32,000 bases of DNA from Burkholderiales bacterium GJ-E10 (lineage in GTDB: Bacteria; Pseudomonadota; Gammaproteobacteria; Burkholderiales; Burkholderiaceae_F), in contig AP014683.1 of NCBI GenBank assembly GCA_000828975.1, positions 1,537,700-1,569,699 of the forward strand, written 5' to 3'. The translations under genes and the position numbers were made by a program. Numbering within the stretch: position 1 is the stretch's first letter; each line of letters starts with the position of its first letter. Shown one piece after another: positions 20,535 through 31,610 of the stretch. Below the pieces are notes generated by a model that was given only the letters and a program-made list of their open reading frames with translations, had not been told where the DNA came from and did not search any database.

Positions 20535-22919
20535 TCAGGCCGGGTCCGGGCTCCCGCCTCCCGCCACCGGGTGACCGCGAAAGACCACGATCGCGTTGCG
20601 GCCCGCCGCCTTGGCGTCGTACATCGCTTCGTCGGCATGACGAAGCAGATCGCGAGGACCGCGGGCATGCGCGGGATAGAACGCGATGCCGACGCTCGAG
20701 GAAACGGCCAGCGGCCGGCCATCGGCAAGAACGAAGGGCTCCGCCAGCGCCAGACGGATCTTTTCCGCGACCACCAGCGCATCGCCGACCGTGTGGATCT
20801 CCGGCAGTACCGCGACGAATTCATCGCCGCCGATCCGGGCCACGGTATCGGACTGCCGCACACATGCCAGCATCCGGCCGGCCGCGGCCTGCAGAAGCCA
20901 ATCCCCCACTTCATGCCCGTGCTCGTCGTTGATCGGCTTGAACCGGTCGAGATCGATGAACAGCAGCGCCACCAGCGACCGCTTGCGACGCGCCTGGACC
21001 AACAGTTGCTGCAGGCGGTCCTCGAGCAGCCGGCGATTCGGCAGATTCGTCAGCCGGTCGAAATACGCCCAGTGATGGATCCGCTCCTCGGCGGACTTGT
21101 GCTGGGTGATGTCGCGATTGGTTCCGACCATCCGGACCGCGCGGCCGTCGGCGTCGCGCGCGTCGACCTTGCCGCTGCACAGGATCCACTTCCACCCTTC
21201 CGGGCATTGAATCCGGACTTCCTCCTGGAAGAACGCCGCACCGCCGCGGATGGTCGCGGCTGCCGCCCGGACCATCCGCGGGGCGTCCTCGGGATGGACT
21301 CGCCGCATCAACTCCTCCGGAGCGGCCACGGTCTCACCGGGAGCGCCGCCGATCAGTTCGGCCCAGTGTTCGTCGAGCACCACCAGCCCCTCCCGGATGT
21401 CGTATTCCCAGATCGACAACGACGACGCCTCCAGCGCCAGTTCCAGCCGTTCCTTGGCGCGCGCCAGTTCCTCCTCCGCACGCTTGCGATCGGTGATTTC
21501 ATGGTTGCTGACGCGTCGGCCCAGAAACGCGCCGTCGGCGCGGAAGATCGGGCTGCAGCTGTGCGCCAGCCAACGCACCGCTCCCTGCTTCGTGACGATG
21601 CGGAAGTCGATCGAATGATTGGTGTCGTCCCGGTAATGCTCGAGGTGGGTTGCGACCTGCTGCCGGTCATCCGGGTGAACGATGCGTTCGACCAGGCTGG
21701 GGTCGGCAAGAAATTCGGCCTGCGTGTAGCCCGTGACGCGCTCGCACGAGGGCGACATGTAGACGATCCGGCAATTCGGCCCGCGCCAGTACTCCCATTC
21801 ATAGGTGTAGTCGGCCATGGTGCGAAACCGTTCCTCGCTTTCCTCCATGCGCCGGACGAGGGGAAGCGTCTGTACGCGCAGCAGCAGGATCGCGCCGAGC
21901 GCCAGGAGCGGAAACACATAGAGCAGGGGCACCAGCCGATGCACGATGGGCGCGTACAACTGGTCGGCATCGAGGCGCAACACCGACCCGAGCCCGAGCG
22001 TTCCGATCGGTTGGTATGCCACGATCGATGCGACGCCGCGATAATCCCGCGCGCGCGCGACGCCCGACTTCCCTTCCAGGGCATAGTGCATGGGGATGAA
22101 GTGGCCGGCGACGCGATCCGGCAGGTCGCGCAGCACCCGCCCTCCCGCGGAGTGGAGCGGAAAGCAGTCCATGCGCCCGGCCCCCTTCGATGCGCAGACG
22201 GCAAAATCCAGCGTGTCGCCAAAGCGACCGGGGCGGGACAGGCCGCCGACGATTGCCGGATCCAGGCGCCACTCGGCGATCATCGTCCCGACCACCCTCG
22301 GGCCGTCGACCAGTGCGATGCGCGTGCGCAACACGTATCCATCGTCCCAGAGGAGCTTGCTCGGGGTCGGCAGTTCGACCGGCACCGCCAGCGCCGGCGC
22401 AGCAACGAACGTCCCGGAACGGCCGACCTCGATGCCCGCAGTGGTGCGAAACGCCACCGCAGTGAAGCCGGGGGTCCGCAAGCCCCGAACGATGTCCGCC
22501 AGGCGCGCCCGGGCACGGCCATCGCCGGCATTCGCCGCCAGTTGCCGCATGGTTTGGAGCGTCGCTGGTGTGGCGAGCGCCTTGCTGCGCCCCCATGCGC
22601 TGCGGATTTCCGTATTCAGAACGGTCGCACGCCGCTCCAGCGAGAGGGCGAGCCGGCCCTCCATCGCTTCCTTGCCATCCGGAACCAGGATGGCAAATCC
22701 GCCCGCAAGGCCCAGCAGACCCACGGCGACGACGACTCCGGCGGCCACATAGCCGATCCGATCGGCATCCCGCATGTCCTGCGACCGGCGTCCTACGATC
22801 GCACGGACCCGCCGCAGGGCCGCGCCCCGGGTGCCGGCCCCGGAACCACGCTCCGACTGTTCGGCCATCTTCTTCGGTTTCGTACGATCCACCTTCGCGG
22901 CCGCCGGTTCATCCGGCAC
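20535..22919 (-). CDS. Membrane-anchored sensor diguanylate cyclase (extracytoplasmic region, two PAS/PAC domains, GGDEF)
   Basis: TM near the N-terminus ([25 protein letters not shown]), second TM ([19 protein letters not shown]), two PAS/PAC modules, GGDEF domain with RxxD I-site pattern: [19 protein letters not shown]. Confidence 0.92.
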   Translation of the reverse strand: MPDEPAAAKVDRTKPKKMAEQSERGSGAGTRGAALRRVRAIVGRRSQDMRDADRIGYVAAGVVVAVGLLGLAGGFAILVPDGKEAMEGRLALSLERRATVLNTEIRSAWGRSKALATPATLQTMRQLAANAGDGRARARLADIVRGLRTPGFTAVAFRTTAGIEVGRSGTFVAAPALAVPVELPTPSKLLWDDGYVLRTRIALVDGPRVVGTMIAEWRLDPAIVGGLSRPGRFGDTLDFAVCASKGAGRMDCFPLHSAGGRVLRDLPDRVAGHFIPMHYALEGKSGVARARDYRGVASIVAYQPIGTLGLGSVLRLDADQLYAPIVHRLVPLLYVFPLLALGAILLLRVQTLPLVRRMEESEERFRTMADYTYEWEYWRGPNCRIVYMSPSCERVTGYTQAEFLADPSLVERIVHPDDRQQVATHLEHYRDDTNHSIDFRIVTKQGAVRWLAHSCSPIFRADGAFLGRRVSNHEITDRKRAEEELARAKERLELALEASSLSIWEYDIREGLVVLDEHWAELIGGAPGETVAAPEELMRRVHPEDAPRMVRAAAATIRGGAAFFQEEVRIQCPEGWKWILCSGKVDARDADGRAVRMVGTNRDITQHKSAEERIHHWAYFDRLTNLPNRRLLEDRLQQLLVQARRKRSLVALLFIDLDRFKPINDEHGHEVGDWLLQAAAGRMLACVRQSDTVARIGGDEFVAVLPEIHTVGDALVVAEKIRLALAEPFVLADGRPLAVSSSVGIAFYPAHARGPRDLLRHADEAMYDAKAAGRNAIVVFRGHPVAGGGSPDPA

Positions 22920-23009
22920 CGCCCCTCAAGTCCGACTCCTCCGACCCTTGCACGAAGGGTATCGCAGCCGGTTGGGCACGCGCGGCCCAAACCGGCTCTC
23001 GACGGCAAA

Positions 23010-23028
23010 GATAATGACAATCGTTTGC
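23010..23028. promoter_or_regulatory. Candidate Fur box upstream of the GGDEF gene
   Basis: GATAATGACAATCGTTTGC matches the 19-bp consensus GATAATGATAATCATTATC at 15/19 positions, counted by eye. Confidence 0.5.
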
Positions 23029-23119
23029 GAAATATCAGCGCGCCACCGGCACAGACACGGCGCGGCGGCGCTCCGCAACCTATGCGGCATGCTGCGAACC
23101 ACAGATCCGGTCTGGCGGA

Positions 23120-23167
23120 TGAGCGGGTGAATCGGGGTGTAAGCCGGGGGGTAAGCCGAGGTATAAG
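23120..23167. repeat. Degenerate 12-bp tandem repeat, about 4 units
   Basis: tgagcgggtgaa / tcggggtgtaag / ccggggggtaag / ccgaggtataag, uninterrupted. Confidence 0.65.
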
Positions 23168-23274
23168 CTGAAATCTGAGCCGAGGTGCGGATCGGGGATG
23201 CCCCGTCGCAACGACGCGCCCGGCGAGGTTCGGACAAGCGACGCCGACTTGCCGACGTCGTTCCGTAGAGAAAT

Positions 23275-23351
23275 TGGCGGAGTGGACGGGACTCGAACCC
23301 GCGACCCCCGGCGTGACAGGCCGGTATTCTAACCAACTGAACTACCACTCC
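23275..23351 (-). tRNA. tRNA-Asp (GTC)
   Basis: Reverse complement GGAGTGGTAGTTCAGTTGGTTAGAATACCGGCCTGTCACGCCGGGGGTCGCGGGTTCGAGTCCCGTCCACTCCGCCA; cloverleaf with encoded CCA. Confidence 0.97.
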
Positions 23352-23363
23352 GCGCGGATTACA

Positions 23364-23439
23364 TGGTGGGTGCTGAGAGGCTCGAACTCCCGACCTACGC
23401 CTTGTAAGGGCGCCGCTCTACCAACTGAGCTAAGCACCC
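23364..23439 (-). tRNA. tRNA-Val (TAC)
   Basis: Reverse complement GGGTGCTTAGCTCAGTTGGTAGAGCGGCGCCCTTACAAGGCGTAGGTCGGGAGTTCGAGCCTCTCAGCACCCACCA. Confidence 0.97.
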
Positions 23440-23466
23440 CCGCGACTTCGTTGCTCGCGAAGCCCA

Positions 23467-23739
23467 CTAGTTTAGCGCATCTTTCAGCGCTTTGCCAGCG
23501 CGGAACTTCGGGACCTTCGCCGCCTTGATCTTGATCGGCTCATTGGTACGCGGATTGCGGCCGGTGCGCGCCGCACGCTTGGTGACGGCAAACGTGCCAA
23601 ACCCGACCAGGGTCACGGCGTTGCCCTTTTTCAGCGAGGTACGAATCCCGCCGAGCAGCGCGTCCAGCGCACGGCCGGCCGCAGCCTTGGAAATGTCCGC
23701 CTGCCGGGCGATGTGTTCAATCAGTTCGGTCTTGTTCAA
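23467..23739 (-). CDS. hupB: DNA-binding protein HU (beta-type)
   Basis: [71 protein letters not shown]; TTG start with GAGGGGGA upstream. Confidence 0.96.
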   Translation of the reverse strand: MNKTELIEHIARQADISKAAAGRALDALLGGIRTSLKKGNAVTLVGFGTFAVTKRAARTGRNPRTNEPIKIKAAKVPKFRAGKALKDALN

Positions 23740-23927
23740 GGGTCCCCCTCGGATAACCTGGCTTGGATTGGATTGGGTTGGGTTTATTCTTTTGTGTACT
23801 TCATTTTGCGGCGGGTATTCAACCGCGGCGGAAGGATGGTGTCAAGGCGACGAAACGCCTACCGCCCCTCCGCGATCGTTTCATCGACTGCCGGCGCGAC
23901 CGCGCCGGCAGTCGATGGCGACCCGGT

Positions 23928-26372
<2,445 letters not shown>

Positions 26373-26405
26373 GGTAGTGGTTCCTGCAAGGGGTTACTGC
26401 GGGGA

Positions 26406-26433
26406 ATGTGGGGACGATGGCGCGCAGATCAAG
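26406..26433 (-). promoter_or_regulatory. Sigma-32 type promoter for lon
   Basis: Minus strand CTTGAT (26428-26433) - 14 nt - CCCCACAT (26406-26413), upstream of the lon GTG at 26372. Confidence 0.7.
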
Positions 26434-26535
26434 ACGGGCGAGCGCGCCCCACCCCGGCCGCTGCGGCGGCCGACCGGCCGGAACGGGCCGGGTGCGGAGG
26501 ATCGTCCGCAACGCAGCCCGGCCACGCCCGCCCGG

Positions 26536-27795
26536 TTACGCCCCGGCCACCTTCGGCTGCTCGGCGTAGACGACGATCGGCTGTCCCTCCTGCACCGACT
26601 TTTCATCCACCACGACCTTCTCGACATTGCTCATCCCCGGGAGATCGAACATGATGTCGAGCAGCACCGACTCGACGATCGAGCGCAGGCCGCGCGCGCC
26701 GGTCCGGCGGGAGCGCGCACGCCGCGCGATCTCCTGCAGCGCATCCGGCCGCACCTCGAGTTCGACGCCCTCCATCGCGAAGAGACGGCGGAACTGCTTG
26801 ACCAGCGCATTCTTGGGTTCGACGAGAATTTCGACCAGCGCCTCCTGCCCGAGTTCGTCGAGCGTGGCGACGACCGGCAGGCGCCCGACCAGTTCCGGGA
26901 TCAGACCGAACTTGACCAGGTCGTCCGGCTGGACGTCGCGCAGCAATTCCCCGACCGCACGGTCGCTGGGGGAGGAAATCTCGGCCCCGAAGCCGATGCC
27001 GCTCTTCTCCGAGCGGTTGCGGATGACCTTTTCCAGCCCGTCGAAGGCGCCGCCGCAGATGAACAGGATGTTCGTGGTGTCGATCTGGACGAAATCCTGG
27101 TTCGGATGCTTGCGCCCGCCCTGCGGCGGAACGCTGGCGATCGTCCCCTCGATCAGTTTGAGCAGCGCCTGCTGCACGCCCTCGCCGGAGACGTCGCGGG
27201 TGATCGACGGGTTGTCCGACTTGCGCGAGATCTTGTCGATCTCGTCGATGTAGACGATGCCGCGCTGCGCCTTTTCAATGTCGTAGTTGCAGTTCTGCAG
27301 CAACTTCTGGATGATGTTTTCGACGTCTTCGCCGACATACCCCGCTTCGGTGAGCGTCGTGGCATCGGCGATGACGAACGGCACATTGAGCAGCCGCGCA
27401 AGCGTCTGCGCGAGCAGGGTCTTTCCCGACCCCGTCGGACCGATGAGCAGGATGTTGCTCTTGGCCAGTTCGACATCGTCTTTCGACGACATGTGCCGCA
27501 GGCGCTTGTAGTGGTTGTAGACCGCGACCGCGAGGATGCGCTTGGCCTTTTCCTGGCCGATCACATACTGGTCGAGGATGGCGCAGATCTCTTTCGGAAT
27601 CGGCAGATCGCCACGCGCGCCACCCGCCTCCGCGCCGGTTCCGACCTCGTCGCGAATGATGTCATTGCACAGATCGATGCACTCGTCGCAGATGAACACC
27701 GAGGGGCCAGCGATGAGTTTCTTCACCTCATGCTGGCTTTTGCCGCAGAACGAGCAGTAGAGCACACGTTCGCCCGAATTCTTCTTTTCCGCCAT
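26536..27795 (-). CDS. clpX: ATP-dependent Clp protease ATP-binding subunit ClpX
   Basis: [43 protein letters not shown] zinc domain; [18 protein letters not shown]. Start taken at ATG 27795. Confidence 0.98.
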   Translation of the reverse strand: MAEKKNSGERVLYCSFCGKSQHEVKKLIAGPSVFICDECIDLCNDIIRDEVGTGAEAGGARGDLPIPKEICAILDQYVIGQEKAKRILAVAVYNHYKRLRHMSSKDDVELAKSNILLIGPTGSGKTLLAQTLARLLNVPFVIADATTLTEAGYVGEDVENIIQKLLQNCNYDIEKAQRGIVYIDEIDKISRKSDNPSITRDVSGEGVQQALLKLIEGTIASVPPQGGRKHPNQDFVQIDTTNILFICGGAFDGLEKVIRNRSEKSGIGFGAEISSPSDRAVGELLRDVQPDDLVKFGLIPELVGRLPVVATLDELGQEALVEILVEPKNALVKQFRRLFAMEGVELEVRPDALQEIARRARSRRTGARGLRSIVESVLLDIMFDLPGMSNVEKVVVDEKSVQEGQPIVVYAEQPKVAGA

Positions 27796-27868
27796 GGGAC
27801 GCCCCCCAACTTCTTCTTCGCCGGCACGATCCGTGCAGCCAGCGGGCAACCCGCCGGCCGCTCGCGGG

Positions 27869-28507
27869 TCACTCTCCGCGCTTGACGAAGATCTTGTCCA
27901 CCAATCCGTAGCTTACTGCATCATCCGCCGACATGAAGTTGTCCCGGTCGGTGTCCTTGGCGATGCGCTCGACCGGCTGCCCGGTACGCTCGGCAAGGAT
28001 CGCATTCAGCCGCTCCCGCAGCGACAGAATTTCCCGCGCCTGGATTTCGATGTCGGTCGCCTGGCCCTGCGAGCCGCCGGACGGCTGGTGAATCATGATG
28101 CGCGAGTTCGGCAGAGCGTAGCGCTTGCCCTTGGCTCCCGCCGCCAGGAGAAAGGCGCCCATGCTCGCCGCCATCCCCACGCAGATCGTCGAGACGTCGG
28201 GCTTGATGAACTGCATGGTGTCGTAGATCGCCATGCCCGCATACACCGAGCCGCCGGGAGAGTTGATGTACAGCGAGATGTCCTTGTCCGGGTTCTCCGA
28301 CTCCAGGAACAGCAACTGCGCCACGACCACGTTGGCCGTCGCCTCATTGACCGGACCGACGAGAAATACCACCCGATCGCGCAGCAGGCGCGAATAGATG
28401 TCGTACGCGCGCTCGCCGCGGCCGCTCTGCTCGATGACCATCGGCACATAGTTCAGGCCCATCGGCGTCTGCCACTGCGCGGCCCCCTCGGTCGCAAACC
28501 GGCTCAT
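27869..28507 (-). CDS. clpP: ATP-dependent Clp protease proteolytic subunit ClpP
   Basis: [57 protein letters not shown] 28507 preferred over the GTG at 28525. Confidence 0.97.
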   Translation of the reverse strand: MSRFATEGAAQWQTPMGLNYVPMVIEQSGRGERAYDIYSRLLRDRVVFLVGPVNEATANVVVAQLLFLESENPDKDISLYINSPGGSVYAGMAIYDTMQFIKPDVSTICVGMAASMGAFLLAAGAKGKRYALPNSRIMIHQPSGGSQGQATDIEIQAREILSLRERLNAILAERTGQPVERIAKDTDRDNFMSADDAVSYGLVDKIFVKRGE

Positions 28508-28511
28508 CGCA

Positions 28512-29810
28512 TCACCCCTTCGCACCTTCCATCAATTCGTCGAACGATACCGCGAGATCCGAAACCTTGGCGTGCTGCAAGACCCATTCAACCACATTGT
28601 CTTCCAGCACCGCCGCCTCGACTTCGGCCATGCGTTCGCGGTTGCCCAGATACCACTGCATCACCTCGCCCGGGCGCTCGTAGCTGCCGGCGATGGTTTC
28701 GAGCGTCTGGCGCACCTGGTCGCGCGTCGCATGCAGCTTCTGGGCCCGGATGATCTCCCCGACGACGAGCGAGATCCGCACGCGCCGTTCCGCCGCCGCC
28801 GCGAACACCTCCAGCGCCGGAAACTCCTTCCCGCCCCGTGCCGCGATCTCGGCCTGCGCCATGCTCCGCAGCGATTCCTGCTCCTCGGCGATCAGCGCCC
28901 GCGGCAGGTCGAAACGCGCCACCCGCTCCAGGGCGTCCATCACGCTGTCGCGCGTGCGGCGGCGCAGGCGCGCCGTCACCTCGCGCTCGACATTGGCGCG
29001 CACTTCCGCCCGCATGCGGTCCAGGTCGCCGTCCGCGATCCCCACCTGGCGCGCAAACTCGGCGTCCAGTTCCGGCAGCACCCGCTCCCGCACTTCCTTG
29101 AGCGTGATGTCGAAGTGCGCGGTCTTGCCCGCCACGTCCTTGCCGAAATAATCATCCGGGAAGGTCACCGCAACGCTGCGGGTCTCGCCCTTGGTCATGC
29201 CGCGCACGGCGCCTTCGAACTCCGGCAGCATCCGACCGGCGCCCAGTTCGAAGCGGAAATCCTCTGCCGCGCCGCCCGGAAATGCATTGCCGTCGATCAC
29301 GCCGTGAAAATCGATGGTCGCGAGATCCCCGTCGGCAGCCGCGCGTTCGACCGGATCGAAGTGGCTGCGCTGGCGCCGCATCACGGCGATGGTCTTCTCG
29401 ACCTCGTCGTCGCCGACCGGGCAGACAGCGCGCTGGACATCGACCTGCGACACATCCACCGTGCCGACCTCGGGATAGACCTCAAAAGTGGCCCGGAACG
29501 CGAGGTGGCCGTCATCGGCCTCCGCGCGGGGCTCGATGTGCGCCCGGCCCGCGATGCGCAGATTGCCCTGCGTCAACACGCCCGACAACGCCTCGCCGAT
29601 CTTGTCGTTGATCACTTCGGCATGGACCTGTGCGCCATGCGTCTGCGCAACCAGCTTCATCGGCACCTTGCCGCGCCGGAACCCCGGCATGGTCGTTTCG
29701 CGCGCCAACCGCGCCAGCCGCTGGGAGACTTCGGTCGCGACCGCATCCGCGGCCACGCTCAGATCGACACGGCGTTCCAACGCGCCGACGGACTCGATAT
29801 TTGCCTGCAT
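28512..29810 (-). CDS. tig: Trigger factor
   Basis: [54 protein letters not shown]; FKBP-like domain region; start taken at ATG 29810. Confidence 0.96.
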   Translation of the reverse strand: MQANIESVGALERRVDLSVAADAVATEVSQRLARLARETTMPGFRRGKVPMKLVAQTHGAQVHAEVINDKIGEALSGVLTQGNLRIAGRAHIEPRAEADDGHLAFRATFEVYPEVGTVDVSQVDVQRAVCPVGDDEVEKTIAVMRRQRSHFDPVERAAADGDLATIDFHGVIDGNAFPGGAAEDFRFELGAGRMLPEFEGAVRGMTKGETRSVAVTFPDDYFGKDVAGKTAHFDITLKEVRERVLPELDAEFARQVGIADGDLDRMRAEVRANVEREVTARLRRRTRDSVMDALERVARFDLPRALIAEEQESLRSMAQAEIAARGGKEFPALEVFAAAAERRVRISLVVGEIIRAQKLHATRDQVRQTLETIAGSYERPGEVMQWYLGNRERMAEVEAAVLEDNVVEWVLQHAKVSDLAVSFDELMEGAKG

Positions 29811-30141
29811 CTTTCTGGGAATGCGGATCCGGAAACCGGAGCGCCGCTCATCAACGATTGATCGGAAAGGGTGCAAAAGGGAGCCGGGCCCGGCATACCG
29901 CGCCTCGGCGCGAAGTCCGGACCGATTCCGGCCCCGGATTTCCTCCGCCCGCGAAAAACGGCGCTCGCCCTCCACCCGCAAGAGCGGGATCTTAGCAGTC
30001 CGGCAGGCCCGAAACCGGCATTCCGGAAACCATTTCGCACCGACGCTCGCGAAACCGTGTCCGGCACGCGTCCACCACGGCGGGGGTCGCAGGGTCGCTC
30101 GGGGTGGTAGAGGGCGGTCGCAATGGCGGCCGCTGCATGCA

Positions 30142-30176
30142 AGCGGGCCCGGGGGAAACACTCCCCCGGGCCCGCT
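30142..30176. terminator. Strong GC-rich hairpin downstream of the 63-aa ORF; possible terminator without a clear U-tract
   Basis: AGCGGGCCCGGGGG - AAACACT - CCCCCGGGCCCGCT, perfect 14-bp stem. Confidence 0.5.
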
Positions 30177-30226
30177 CGGCATCCTGTGGCACCCGCGCGG
30201 CGACGCGGGCTGCCGTGGCGGCCCGG

Positions 30227-30418
30227 TCAGGCCTTGGTGTTGACGATCTGGCCGGTGACTTGGCCATTGAGGTTGGCGACCGGCGCGGAGACATGGCCTC
30301 CCCCGCCGGCGCTGCCGTCGCCATCGCCGTCGAAGCCGCTGGGTTGTTGAGGACGCGCGGGCGCCGCTTGACTCTGGATTGCGGTCGCCTGGGTTGCGGC
30401 AGCGGACGAAACCTGCAT
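30227..30418 (-). CDS. Small hypothetical Gly/Asp-rich protein, 63 aa
   Basis: MQVSSAAATQATAIQSQAAPARPQQPSGFDGDGDGSAGGGGHVSAPVANLNGQVTGQIVNTKA; GAAAGGATCC RBS a few nt upstream of ATG 30418; hairpin downstream. Confidence 0.65.
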   Translation of the reverse strand: MQVSSAAATQATAIQSQAAPARPQQPSGFDGDGDGSAGGGGHVSAPVANLNGQVTGQIVNTKA

Positions 30419-30575
30419 GATGGATCCTTTCAAAAGGGGTTGATCAGGCACTCCCTTTCGCGATATCGGACCCGGCGCCGCAATCTTGAGTGTTGCAGTA
30501 GGATTATTAACGACCATTAAGCGATTCCGTGGAAACTACGGAATCCGTTCCATGGCAGCAAGAAAACAAGGAGAC

Positions 30576-30660
30576 TGGTGCGCCCGGTCAGACTCGAACT
30601 GACAAGCCAAAAGGCGACGGCACCTAAAGCCGTTGCGGTTACCAATTTCGCCACGGGCGC
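30576..30660 (-). tRNA. tRNA-Leu (TAG)
   Basis: Reverse complement GCGCCCGTGGCGAAATTGGTAACCGCAACGGCTTTAGGTGCCGTCGCCTTTTGGCTTGTCAGTTCGAGTCTGACCGGGCGCACCA; long variable arm, TAG anticodon. Confidence 0.96.
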
Positions 30661-30761
30661 AGCAACCCGATTCCCCGCCCGCCGGACCGACCGAATCCAC
30701 CGGTCTTTCCGCCTTGGCAGGGGAACCGCCGCCGAGGCGGTCCAAAGACGAATTTTACCTC

Positions 30762-31610
30762 ATGACTGCAGACGAATACTGCCGGCAGATGGCCGGGGCA
30801 AGCGGATCCAGCCTCCACTACAGCCTGTTGTTTCTTCCCGCACCTCGCCGCCGCGCAGTCGTGGCCCTGCACGCCTATTGGCAGCAGTTGCGCGAGGCCG
30901 CCGACGGCACTTCCGATCCTTCGGTCGCCGGCGCCCAACTCGCGTGGTGGCATGACGAAGTGGACCGGCTGGTTGCCGGAACCCCCCAACACCCGGTCAC
31001 CCAGGCGCTCGCGTCGCACCGGGACATCGGCGGCATCACCCGGCAGGGAATGCTCCAGGTCCTCGACGGCATGCGCATGGTCGTCGGTCCGGCGCGGTTT
31101 GCCGACGCTGAGGCACTGGCCCGCCATTGCCGCCTTGCGGCCGGATCGATCGCCGAGATGACGGTCGGCCTGTGTGGTATGCGCGAACCAGCGACCGCCG
31201 ACTACGCCCGCGCCCTGGGGGAAGGGCTGCAGATCGTCCACATCCTGCGCGAACTCGGCGAGGATGCACGCCGCGGCCGCATCCGCCTTCCGCTCGACGA
31301 TCTCCAACGTTTCGGTGTCGCCCCGGCCGACATTCTCGCCGGGCAGTACGTCGACGGGTTCCTGCCGCTGATGCGCCGCGAGGCACGGCGGGCACGCGAT
31401 GCATTCGCGGAGGCCGCTCGCCTCCTGCCGCCGGCTGATTCGCGCGCGCAGCAGCCCGGCCGGATCATGGCGGCAATCCATGCCGCGCTGCTCGACGAAC
31501 TCGAACGGGATGGCTTCCGCGTACTGCACCAGCGCGTCGCCCTCACCCCGCTGCGCAAGCTCGCCATTGCCTGGCGGACCCGGATGTTCACGCAAACGCG
31601 GACGCACTGA
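30762..31610 (+). CDS. Squalene/phytoene synthase family protein, HpnD-like (presqualene diphosphate synthase-like), divergent
   Basis: MTADEYCRQMAGASGSSLHYSLLFLPAPRRRAVVALHAYW...AQLAWWHDEVDRL...ALGEGLQIVHILRELGEDARRGRIRLP...LLDELERDGFRVLHQRVALTPLRKLAIAWRT. Confidence 0.82.
   Translation: MTADEYCRQMAGASGSSLHYSLLFLPAPRRRAVVALHAYWQQLREAADGTSDPSVAGAQLAWWHDEVDRLVAGTPQHPVTQALASHRDIGGITRQGMLQVLDGMRMVVGPARFADAEALARHCRLAAGSIAEMTVGLCGMREPATADYARALGEGLQIVHILRELGEDARRGRIRLPLDDLQRFGVAPADILAGQYVDGFLPLMRREARRARDAFAEAARLLPPADSRAQQPGRIMAAIHAALLDELERDGFRVLHQRVALTPLRKLAIAWRTRMFTQTRTH

Noticed and set aside
20322-23171. 949-aa + strand ORF opposite the GGDEF gene
   Set aside because: Antisense shadow of a gene with intact PAS and GGDEF motifs.
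22926-23348. 140-aa - strand ORF beginning MVVQLVRIPACHAGGRGFESRPLRQ
   Set aside because: The N-terminal part is a translated tRNA-Asp gene and the rest runs through the tandem repeat spacer; tRNA read-through ORFs like this are a familiar artefact.
23274-23528. 84-aa + strand ORF MAEWTGLEPATPGVTGRYSNQLNYHSARITWWVLRGSNSRPTPCKGAALPTELST
   Set aside because: It is an antisense translation of two tRNA genes, a well-known spurious product.
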